Shown piece by piece: positions 53,361 to 64,000 of a stretch of 64,000 nucleotides of DNA. The position numbers and the translations under genes are program-made. A model generated the notes under the pieces. It made no database searches and was not told the origin of the DNA. It saw only the letters and a program-made list of their open reading frames with translations. How positions within the stretch are numbered: position 1 is the first letter of the stretch; each line of letters opens with the position of its first letter. The stretch comes from Lama guanicoe (Eukaryota), in assembly GCA_013239625.1 (NCBI GenBank), contig MU053487.1:3369058-3433057 (forward strand), read 5' to 3'.

Positions 53361-53793
53361 ATATCTCTGATCAACTAAGACCCCAAGTCTTTTCTATGCG
53401 AGCTCCTCTTAATACAGGCCCTGCATTCTAAATTTAGGCAGTTTATTTTAGGGACCTACATGGAAAACTATATTCCTGTAAAACATGCCCTTATTAGTTT
53501 GGGCCTGTTAATATGAGTCTGAGGCCTGGCCATCTCCACCTTGACTATTTGCTAAGCATACTTTCTACATCTTCTTCTTTGTCTTTGATAAAATGGTTAA
53601 ACAGTGCAACGACAACCCAGAGAGCTGTGGTCCTCCACTAGAGACTTCTCCCAGGTCGTCCTGACCCTATTATCACCAGGGTGACATGGCCAAGTGTACT
53701 TCCTTTAAGGCAGTAGAGGTGAGATGGAAGGTATCAGAAGACATGAGGAAGGAGATCCTGGAAAATGCATGTCAATGTCAGTGTTCCCTCTGA

Positions 53794-53976
<183 letters not shown>

Positions 53977-56165
53977 TGAAGATGGTGGAAAAGGGAGGTC
54001 AAGATGTTCCCAGTTTTTAGGGACATGGGAGGCTTGGGGCCTTTAGTTTCATTTTTCTTCCCTCCCAACAGCGGAGAACCAGCCCAAATCCTCTGTTCCT
54101 TTGTTCTCTACTTAAAGTAGGAAAGAGAGCAGGGTCCTAACTAAATGAGGCCCGGTCAGAGTCAGGCTCAACACAGGGACATAGGGAGAGGATGTAGGGC
54201 ATGCTTGAGGGCATCCAAGTGTGGGTCTGGACAGCTGGTGGGCAGGAGAGGTGGATAAAATCCAGAGCTGTTTTCAACAAGAGCAGGAAGTTGAGACAAA
54301 GATGAAGGCTTCAGAGCCAAGCAGTCCAGCACCCTGGACAGCTCCGTGGGGAGACCTTGGCTTTGATGGAGGCCTCCCTGAAACTCTGGATAATATAGGA
54401 GTCTCCCCAGCCTCGGCACGTTCTGGGGGGAGCAGCACAGGTCCACAGGGCGTTCTTCCACCCATGTGGTCATTTGCCCTGTCCTCTGCCTGCGCGGGCT
54501 GCTCCTCCAGCTGCTCATATACCAAAGGGCGTTGTCTTTTCCCTCTAGCAGAGCCATTCTTCATACATTTATCCTTAACTTTTTAACCCATCTATTTAAA
54601 TTTGTATTTTTTCTGTCTACATTGAGAATTAGTCAGGGCCATAGCTTTCTGTTAATAATTAACCTCTTACTCTTTAGTTCCCCTCCCTCTCCATCCTATA
54701 TGCCTCACCCCACCTTCTGCCACTCCTATATCAAGATCATCAGGCAATTTATTCCCAGACTGTTACATTTTTAATCAAACTTTACATCATGTTGGCTTTT
54801 ATTTCCCCTTACCTATGAGTTTGTCTGCCTTTCTTTTCTTTCTTTTTTTTTTAACTCCTAAAGATTTCTTTTTCCTTCTTTGTTTCTATGCTAGTTTTGT
54901 TGGAACATACAGCCTGAATACATTTTAAAGAGGGAATTCAGTAGGTGATCATTTTCTGAGGGCTTGCATGTCCAATAAGAGCTTTGTTTCACCCTCCCAA
55001 AGAATGCTACTTTGGCTGGGCAGAGGACTCTAAGTTTAAAATATTTTCCTCAGAACTTTGAAAACACCATTCCAGAAGCTTCCAGTCTTCAGTGTTGTCC
55101 ATGAGGAGTTGGGTTCACTTTCTGCTCCTCCTTCCACTGCAGCAGGAAAGGAAGTACCCTTCGGGGCCTCCACTGATATGCCACACTGTGTTTCTTCCTT
55201 ATTCTCCCTTTTCTGTGCCTATTTTGTTGCCACCGGTTACGTGGGGCACTGCCCTGCTCTGCCCTCCAAAACCAAAGTCTGAGCTAGGTTCCTGCACACC
55301 AGTTCCCACCCGGAGGCACATCAGCCACTTTCCATGGACATCCATTCTCTCCACCTGGGTCCGGGGACAAAAGCCAGTCATGCAAAGCCAGTCTGGGAGT
55401 GAGTGGAGGGGGACCAGGGTCTTTGGAGTAGTCTGTCTGCCGGCCACCCCACCACCCACTGCCCCATCATGCGCCCAGCTCCGGGCTGGGATTTTCCAGC
55501 ATTCGGTGAGAAAACTGGGTCTCACATCTTCCGTGGGCCCTCCTTCCCTCTGTGTGGTCCTGAGTTTCCTTTCCATCTGATACTACTCCTCAAATTGCCT
55601 GGAAATCCCTCACTGTTTCTTGCTCACCAATGACAACCTTCCCTCTTCCCAGCCCTGCCACTCATTTGCTTGGTGAGCATTTATTGAGTGCCTCCTGTAT
55701 GCAGGCAGTGTGCTAGGCACCAGGGCTTCAGTGCTGGCCTCTCAGAGCTTCCAGCTCAGCCAGGGAGGGACCGTAAATAAATCTGTATCAGAAATGGTGA
55801 GACATGCTGAGGGGGTAGACAGGATGTTTTCAGCGGCAGCTTTTCGGAGAAGAGAGCAGAGAATATTCCCTACAGTGAAAAGGCTCTGAGGCAGAAGGAG
55901 TTGAAAGAAGCCAGCGTGGCTGGAACGCAGTGAGCGGTGGGGAGAGTGGAGCCATGTGAGGAAGGAGAGGCCGGCAGACCCTCCCTTGTGTCAGAGGTCA
56001 GGGGTTAGTTGCCTTCTGACATGCGCTTCAGACAAACGAGGGCTGGCTGAAAAGAGGCCTGCGCTTGAAATTTTTCTTGTCTTTCTCTTGTTTTTTGAAA
56101 ACGGTTTCATGGAGGCAGTTTATACAACATAAAAGTCACCCATACGGAAGTGTACAATTCAGTGA

Positions 56166-56441
<276 letters not shown>

Positions 56442-56814
56442 TGAAAACCAACAAGGTTCTTTTTTCCAAAAGGTAAGTTTTTCTTTGTCACTTGCATTAC
56501 AGTTGATGTGCTCAACTAAAAGAAAAGTTTTTTTTTTTTTCTGTCAAGGAAACAGCAAAAGAAGCCAGGTTGTCAACTGAGATTCAGAGATAGTGCTGAT
56601 TTTCCAGCCCCAGGGGTCAGATGGCTCACTGAGCATATTTTCTTATGCATCAGGGTGGCCCCTCCTGTTTCATTGTGTTACAGAAGCCACTGAAAGGCTC
56701 TGTCACTGAAGCACAAGACGTGCTGGATTTCTACCACTCATTTGAAGTTTGGATCTAAGACAGCCGTGCAAGTCACTCAGGCCAGGAAATCTCTATGAAG
56801 GCACATGCCACTTC

Positions 56815-57215
56815 TTACAGGTTGGGTTTCCGGGAAGGCAGGCCCTGAGATGTTAATTAGGATGTGGGAGACTTGTTAGGGGGCGCTCTTGGGATCTGCA
56901 TCTATGGAAGGGAAACGGAGGAGGCGGACTGGGCAGTAGGGGAGGTGAGCTGCATTGCAGTCTCAGTGGAGCTCTCAGCCAGTCCTACAGGAAGTTCTGA
57001 AGCTGGGATGACTCTTTGGAGTTTCACCCAGTTGTGGTCAGGGGGATGGGCCTTTAGACCCCAAGTCAATCAGTCATTGCATGCAGGCCCCCCAAGGATG
57101 GGGTAAGGCAGCTCCCTATAGCCAAAGCAATCCCCAGAGGGAGGCTATCAGCTGAGGGCTGGGAGAGTAAGTTCTCAGTTTCTGCAGGGCCGGCTGGGTG
57201 GTACACCAGTGCATT
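56815..57215. mobile_element. LTR16-like ERVL solo LTR
   Basis: GGTTGGGTTTCCGGGAAG...GCTCTTGGGATC...GGAAGTTCTGAAGCTGGGATG. Confidence 0.6.
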
Positions 57216-57884
57216 CACTTTTCCGCGCTTCCTGTGTGCAGAAGGTTCTTGCAGCCCAGGAGCAGGGGCGACACAGACAGAGGGCTTTACTACTCACAGG
57301 ACGGTGGCAGCATAAGCTTCACATTTGCAGCAGTTTTCCTGAAGTACTGTGAGGCGGTGCAGGGTGGGCTAGGTGGATATTGTGCACACACTGTGTGTCT
57401 GTGTCTCAACTGAGGGGCCCTGGGCTTAGGAAACTCCAGCATTATAAAGGAGCTGCAGGCAGACCTGTTCAACCTTTGCCCCCAAGGGAGACATATCTTT
57501 ATTATTCTGCTACACATTCTATCTTCCAAAGCTGTTTGCTATACAAACACCCTTGAAAAGATAGTCTGGAACAAAAGCTGTCACAAGACCTCTAGAAATA
57601 CCCTGGAGAATTGTCTCCCAGCCTATCTTGGAAGCAGAAGCTCATGCTTTACAGGTGACCAGATAACCCACCCACTTGGTGTCTATTATTTTCTGTTGTG
57701 TGTCCTTCTGTTTAAGAGGCAGCTCAATACAGTAGAAAGATCCTCCGTTGAGATAAAAAGCCTTTGGGTCTTGATTCTTATCCTGCCTCTCTTGTGTGAC
57801 CTTCATGTGACCGTGAGCAGCATGTATCTCCAAACCTCTGTTTCTTCCCCTGTGAAGTGGGGCCAACAACAGCTGTCCTGCCTA

Positions 57885-57970
57885 TTTGTTTTAATGGAGG
57901 TACTGAGGATTGAACCTAGGACCTTGTGCATGCTAAGCATGTGCTCTACCACTGAGCTACACCCTCCCCT
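57885..57970 (-). mobile_element. tRNA-Ala-derived SINE
   Basis: Reverse complement GGGGAGGGTGTAGCTCAGTGGTAGAGCACATGCTTAGCATGCACAAGGTCCTAGGTTCAATCC. Confidence 0.9.
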
Positions 57971-59114
57971 TCAGAACGTATATTCTTAAAAGGGCACACA
58001 CACATTATTTTTAATGGCCGCATAATATTCTTTCTGGCTAATGAGCCATCATTTTCTTGAGTATTTTCCGTGTCTTAGAGCAGTTCCTTCTAGTTTTTCA
58101 AGTTTCTAGTTTTATTATAATTAACCCTATGTGGGTAAAGGGTTAACAAAACCTTTCCCTATTCTTTATGAGAATTTGACCTTTGGTTAATTTTCTAGCT
58201 CTGCTTCCTTTTGAGACTTAATGAAAATGGAATGTCAACAGTGTTACTAGGCAACATTGCTTATGTGAAAATGGCCTTGAATTAGGGAACTGCATCTGGA
58301 GTGGTAAACTGCATTGGAGGAATAAAACCATAAATACTTAGGGTTCCCTGAGTGCAGTGACTTCTCATGGACATGCCTCTTGCCTACAGAGTTGTTACTT
58401 TTGTGGGACATGAGGTTTCAAAGCCAAGGTGGTTCTTGCACCTGTAAGATGTGGATTTCATCTCCTGGCACCTGAGCTGTAACCTGGGGCACAAGGAGGG
58501 GAGAGGCCAGGGAGGCAAAGAAACCCTTTCCAGGACACCTGTGCAAACTCTTCATGGTCTCCTGCAGCCACTGTGCCAACAGGCATGTTTCTCCAGTGTA
58601 ACCTTTTGAGGACCAAGGTATGGCCCATGGTAGCCTTATGAGTCTGAAAGTTTAGTGGTGTCTCAGAAGACCCTTGGTGGGTCTGGCACCCCACATTTAG
58701 GATTATTTCCCTGGAGAGCTTTGCTGAAGTAGAATAACCAAGTCAAAGGCTATGGGTATTTTCAAGCCCCTTAATAAAATAAAAATAAAGTCGAGTTGAT
58801 TTCCAAAAGGGTTATACCACCAGCTTCCGCCAACTGTGGAATGTTCCTTCATCAGAATTTTTTAAAATTTTGTAGAGCTGATAACAAAACTTGGCTTCTT
58901 GTCATCATTTGCATTTTTTTAAATTCTTAAACTATAGGTTGGAAAACTAGGAGTATTTCCTTTTTTGTGAATTTATACTTCTTTTCTTCTACCCAGCAAA
59001 AAAAAAAATTAATTGCAAGTAAATGGGATGTGAAATTTTTAAATTGCAAATTGCAAAGCGATGTAAGAGGCACCTTCCCTTCCCCATTCTAAACTGCTCT
59101 TTCCACCCCTCCAG

Positions 59115-59216
59115 ATCTATGAGGCCCTCCTCCAGCGGTATGCCAAGCTTGAGCAGAGAATCCTGACTCAGACCCGGGAGCCTCCAGAGCGAATTCCGCA
59201 GGCCGAGGCTCACTGA
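59115..59216 (+). CDS. XYLB: XYLB exon 19 (last coding exon)
   Basis: IYEALLQRYAKLEQRILTQTREPPERIPQAEAH*; exon lengths sum to 1635 nt (544 aa + stop). Confidence 0.95.
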   Translation: MYEALLQRYAKLEQRILTQTREPPERIPQAEAH

Positions 59217-59450
59217 TCCCACTTGGAGATGTGGCCCTGGACAGCAACGATCCGCTTCCCTGTTCTGAGCAGCTCTGCCTGCCCACCTGACTCCTTGTAG
59301 TGCTCCAGCTCTGCCGAGGACCACCTTAAAGCCTGCCTTAGCGCATCTTCTTGAACATAGATGGGCTGCTTTTTTTCTGGGGCAGGAAGACATCTCTCTT
59401 TTTCTGCTTTTAAACCCAGGAGGCAAGATAACACAGCCTGGGATATGTCC

Positions 59451-59456
59451 AATAAA
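59451..59456 (+). terminator. Candidate proximal poly(A) signal of XYLB
   Basis: AATAAA 235 nt after the stop, followed by U/GU-rich sequence. Confidence 0.6.
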
Positions 59457-59732
59457 AATTGTGACTTTTCCCATTTCAGGACCTAAATCAGCAGAATGGG
59501 GGAGACATAGCAAAACAGATTCTTTCCTCTTGATTCACCAGTTTTCAGAATAATGAGTTGATTCCCAAGCATCCTCTAATAGCAACTAGATTTTAGTATC
59601 AATATGATGCATGTAACATATTTTATATGTCTTAATCCATTGCAGTAATTATTCTTATCCTTGTCTTCCTTTTGTTAGCCATTCTCTCCAACTTTTCTCC
59701 TGCTTTCCTGATCTATCATTCATTCTTTCTTC

Positions 59733-59858
59733 TTTTTTTTGGGGGGGTGGTGGTAATTAGGTTTATTTTTTCACTTTTTTCAGGAAGTACTGGGGAATGA
59801 ACCCAAGACCTTGTGCATGCTAAGCATGTGCTCTACCACTTGAGCTATACCCTCCCCT
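59733..59858 (-). mobile_element. tRNA-Ala-derived SINE
   Basis: Reverse-complement head; TSD ATTCTTTCTTCTTT. Confidence 0.88.
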
Positions 59859-60699
59859 TCCCTCCTATTCTTTCTTCTTTACTGATGCTTCTGCTCTGTC
59901 TACTTCTTAATTATTGCTGGGTCCCAAGCCTCTGTTCTCATTCCTCTTTCCCTCCCATTCTGTCCTCTCTTGTTGGATGGTTTCATCTAGTCTTGGGCTT
60001 CAATTGCTACTTATAGCAGTAACACCCAGATCTATGTTTTCAGCCAGGACTCTCCTTGGAGTCTGTCAGCGTTCTCACAGGGGTACTTCAGACCCCACTT
60101 ATCTTCCTTCGCCCTTCCCCAAACCTCCTCCTCTAGAGGTCTTGTTTCAGTGAATTGGCACCACTCTCCATCCATTTGTTCATTCAGGAGTGCAAACCTC
60201 AAACTCAGATATCCTCTTTCCCATGTCAAGTCAGTTACCAACCATGTTGGTTATTCCTTTGGTAACTCTTAAAGCAGTTCCTTTCTCTTTATCCCTCCTG
60301 TTTTACTTTAGACCCCTTGCATCTTTGCTCAAATTATTGCAGAAGCCTCCGTAGAAGGTCCTCTGGGTCTGCCTTCTGCAAAATGCTCCAGATTTTTCTT
60401 GTGCCACAAGCCCTCACCTACGTTGGGACTTCAGTTAAACCAAACTACTTGTGGTCTTACTCAGAGCAGGAAAATGCTACAAACAGGTTTGACAGACCCG
60501 GTGGATCAGAGCAGTGGCTAGTGGGAACTCAAAGGGAAAGGGTTTAGAAAACGAGTAGGACTAGAGATAACCACTTCTGAGAAAAATGACATCTTGAGAG
60601 GGAGTGGTGTCCCTTGCAGGCTTGGTGGATGAAGGCAAACAAAGAAGCAAGAAGGCAAAGGTTGATGGCCAACAACAGTAAGTCAAAGATTTGGAATAA

Positions 60700-62460
60700 A
60701 ACAGGCAATTCTTACCACCACCACCTAGACATTACTGACTAGAGAAATTTAACATTATTGATCAACAGAAGAGTGCATTCATCTATCAAGAAACAGAGAA
60801 AGCGACTGAATCCATTCCTCATTTTTCCTCTGCTCCCACAGAGTTGCCTGTTATTACAAGGATGTCAGTGTAAATAGAACATACTTTAAAGCATATAGAA
60901 GATAGGGATGAACAAAGCTAAGACAGCAAAAGCAATACAAGGGAAGAGCTGAAAACGCCCAGGAAGAAAATGAGACAAAGAAGACAGGCAGAAGAAATCT
61001 AACACTGAAAATTGGAGATCTCAAAGCCAAGAGGTGAGACAATGGAACAGAGTTATTATTTAAAACTGTACCCCAAGAGAAATTCCTGAAAACAAAAGAC
61101 CCAAATCTATATCTTGAAGGGGACTACTATCTTGTTACTTGGAAAACTGACCCAGAATGATCAACTGAGACACAGCCTTGCAAAGTATTATACTTTGAAG
61201 CTGAGGGAAAAAAAACTGTCTAGGCCAAAAGACCTAGTCTCTTAAAAAGGAAAGATCAGGTTGGCACCAAACTTCTCAAAAAGCAAACAGCAGTGGAGCA
61301 ATATTTTTAAGAAACCCGAAGGAAAAATATGAACTGAGTGTTTCATGTCCAGCTAAGTTGCCCTGTAAGTATCAAGGATGTTTGAAAAATTTTGTTTTAA
61401 TTATGCAAGAGCTCAGGAAATGATGTACTCATAACCCTTATGATTCTACTCAAACAAGCTTCATCCAAGGAAGAGATGATTGGGGAAACTTCAGCAAAAG
61501 GACTGGTAGTGAGTATTGAGTATCTTTAGTTATAGATCTAAGACCAAAGTGGAAGTGGGGATAAGGGTGGAAGAATAGTATCAGATGGCACGTACTTTGA
61601 CAAGGTGGAAGTAACACAACTAAGTAAATAAAAAAGAAGGGAGAGAAGAAGGGGACAGTACAAAGAGCTCTGTTGCAAAGGCAATATGTACGAGCCAAAG
61701 GATATCTTTTAAAGTTGACAAGCTAAGCGGGTAGGGTATAGCTTAAGCGGTAGAGCCCATGCTTAGCATGCATGAGGTCCTAGGTTCAATCCCCAGTACC
61801 TCCTCTAACAGTAAATAAATAAGTAAACCTAATTATCTGCCCCCACCAAAAAAAAAAAATTAAGACAGAGGTTACAATTTCTGTATCCGATAAGGTAGAA
61901 TTCAGAAAAAAAAAAAACAAAAAACCAAGAAGGACACTATTGTTAAAAGCCACAGTTCACAATGAAGATAGACAAGTTATGAATGTTATAGCCTCAACGA
62001 TTTGGTTTGTCAGCTTTAAATGAAAGTCTTTGATTCTCTCCTATAGATTCCAACAGAATCTATATGTCTTCTGAATATTAAACTTTGCACCTTATAATAA
62101 TAATGAATAATAAATAATGGGGAATACATCTATTATTCTCACTTCAAAAAAAAGGCCATTTACTATATACCACAAAGAAAACTGTAATTTCCATAAAATA
62201 GAAATAATGCAATCTTCTTTAATTACAACACAATAAAATGAGAAAATAGTAAAATACTGTTTTAAGTTCCAGCCATACTTTCTATAAAAGTACTTCTAGG
62301 GCAAAGAGGAAGTAAAACCCAAAATCTCAGAGCTTCTAAAGACATAATTGATAATGAAATCTATTGGATATAATTAAAGCAGTGATTAGTGAAGTATAGC
62401 TTTAAAATACTGTAATATTGATAAAAATAAAAGAATAAAGTTTAAATGAATTAAGAGTAC
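60700..62460 (+). mobile_element. Highly decayed old L1 fragments
   Basis: A-rich sequence with L1-like motifs (GATAAGGTAGAATTCAGA, TCACAATGAAGATA). Confidence 0.5.
61729..61860 (+). mobile_element. tRNA-Ala-derived SINE
   Basis: GGGTATAGCTTAAGCGGTAGAGC...CATGCTTAGCATGCATGAGGTCCTAGGTTCAATCCCCAGTACCTCC plus tail. Confidence 0.88.
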
Positions 62461-64000
62461 AACTCTGTCCTCAACTCTACAAGGTTGCCAGGCTCTGCTT
62501 GGGATGCACTTCCTGCACTGTGGAGTGGAATTTGTCTCCAGCAGAAAGCAGGGTCATAAGGCTGTCTCTCTTTTCTCAGGGATTATAGAATTGTATAATG
62601 TCCAAAAATAGTTGCGCCTGTGTTTTGTCCAGTTTTCTTGTTATGGCTCCGAAGGGCAAATACTGTCCCAGCTACTGCATGAGAGCTGGAAGTAAAACAT
62701 CTTATTCAGCTCGATTTTGGTTTCACTTCCAGCAGTCTCTTCTCACTGTAGGAACCTGGCCTAAAAGGGAGGCTTGGCTGGTCAGTTTTAAGAGCCCACA
62801 GGAACAGACTGCTCCAGCTCTTTCTATTCTTACCAGAGTCACCTTGCATTCACTTTCTGCTGGTTTGGGAAAAACCCCTCCTAGTTTCACCAACTGTTCT
62901 TAAGTCATTGAGCCATGCTTTCCAGTGACTATCTCTTAGAGCTTTTGGGATTCTGTTGTTCTCAGTTACCTCATCCAGCCTGTTGCATTCCTCAGCTTTT
63001 CCTTGCACAGATGCTAGCCCATGAAGCTTTTACTGCTTTTGGGTGTTTGGGGTTTGTCTCTACTCGCTTGTATTTTGGTGTTTTGGGGGAAACCTTGTCA
63101 CTTAGTTTTGTTATAGATGTACACGGATTTTCTGTTTTGTTTGTCCTTCCATGCAGTTGCTATGTGAGAATTTTGGAAGATTCAAAAGCTATGCAGCCAC
63201 TAACCTAGCCACCATCTTCTCAGAATCTGGCAGATGTTTTAAGAGTTGGAAAATAATTTCCCATGCTCTCTTCCCCCGTGTCTGCACCAGAAGCAGCATG
63301 TATCAAAATGTAGCCTCCATTAGCCTGTGTCACTGAGTTTTTACAATGAGCACAGCTTGCTTGGTGACCCACATGGACATGCAGGATGAGTGAGGAATAA
63401 ATTTTGTTGTTTTAAGCCACTGAGGTGTGGGGATTTTCCATTAGCACAGCATTATCTAATCTATTTGGAGAATTATAGAGAGTTACTTTTCCATCCAAGC
63501 CACTTAATTTAGTTGACCTCAAGGTAGTCACCATTAAGTTAAGAGAGGGTAGGAAGAAGAACTACAGGGGCAAGAAAGAAAAGAAACAAAAAAACTATTT
63601 GAGAAGTGTGTCTAGGAAGTAACTTGATGTTGAAGACACACAGAACAGATTGGAAGTACATGGTTAAGCTTTGGGTGAACTATATTGCTAAAAAACCCAT
63701 GCACCCACCCCACCCAATTATACAGTGTTAATGGTAACCCCCCTTAAATTATTTAAGGTGGTACTGCTGTACCTAAATTACCCACTAATAAATACTACTG
63801 TATATTACCCCATATTTCTCATAATTACCCACTACAGCGTATCTCTAACCAGGGCCTTTCAGAAACTGAGAGAGGCTGGGGCTGCTTTTATGTATTTAAA
63901 TGAAAAGGTCTCCAAATAAAATTACAAAAATTACTTAAAGAGTTTATCTTGCCAATTAAATGCATTTAACCCTCAAAATAGAATGTGTTATAATTATACA

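Noticed and set aside
63740..63835. Short hairpin CCTTAAAT-T-ATTTAAGG and repeated AATTACCCACTA
   Set aside because: Short and AT-rich, compatible with chance or a decayed transposon.

Overview
Mammalian genomic DNA. It is probably camelid, judged from about 16 copies of a tRNA-Ala-derived SINE resembling the camelid Vic-1 family. Two spliced protein-coding genes lie on the + strand, in the order known from other mammals. The first is the 3' part of SLC22A14 (8 coding exons, 1-10515, poly(A) signal at 10675). The second is the complete xylulokinase gene XYLB (19 coding exons, 17358-59216, 1635 nt CDS, 544 aa, CpG-island promoter, poly(A) signal at 59451). All splice junctions are GT-AG and keep frame. 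The remainder is intronic or intergenic sequence rich in L1, L2/MIR, MaLR/ERVL LTRs and hAT MITEs, with one 28-N assembly gap. Most ORFs in the supplied track are spurious. I found no wholly new biological system. The best leads are: a ChoRE-like element in XYLB intron 1 (possible Xu5P-ChREBP feed-forward loop); a CGA at the position of the human XYLB stop, adding 8 aa; unusual SLC22A14 acceptors; repeated retro-insertion into the same target site; and a run of back-to-back hairpins in the intergenic spacer. Comparisons with human proteins and repeat-family names are from memory and need checking by alignment.
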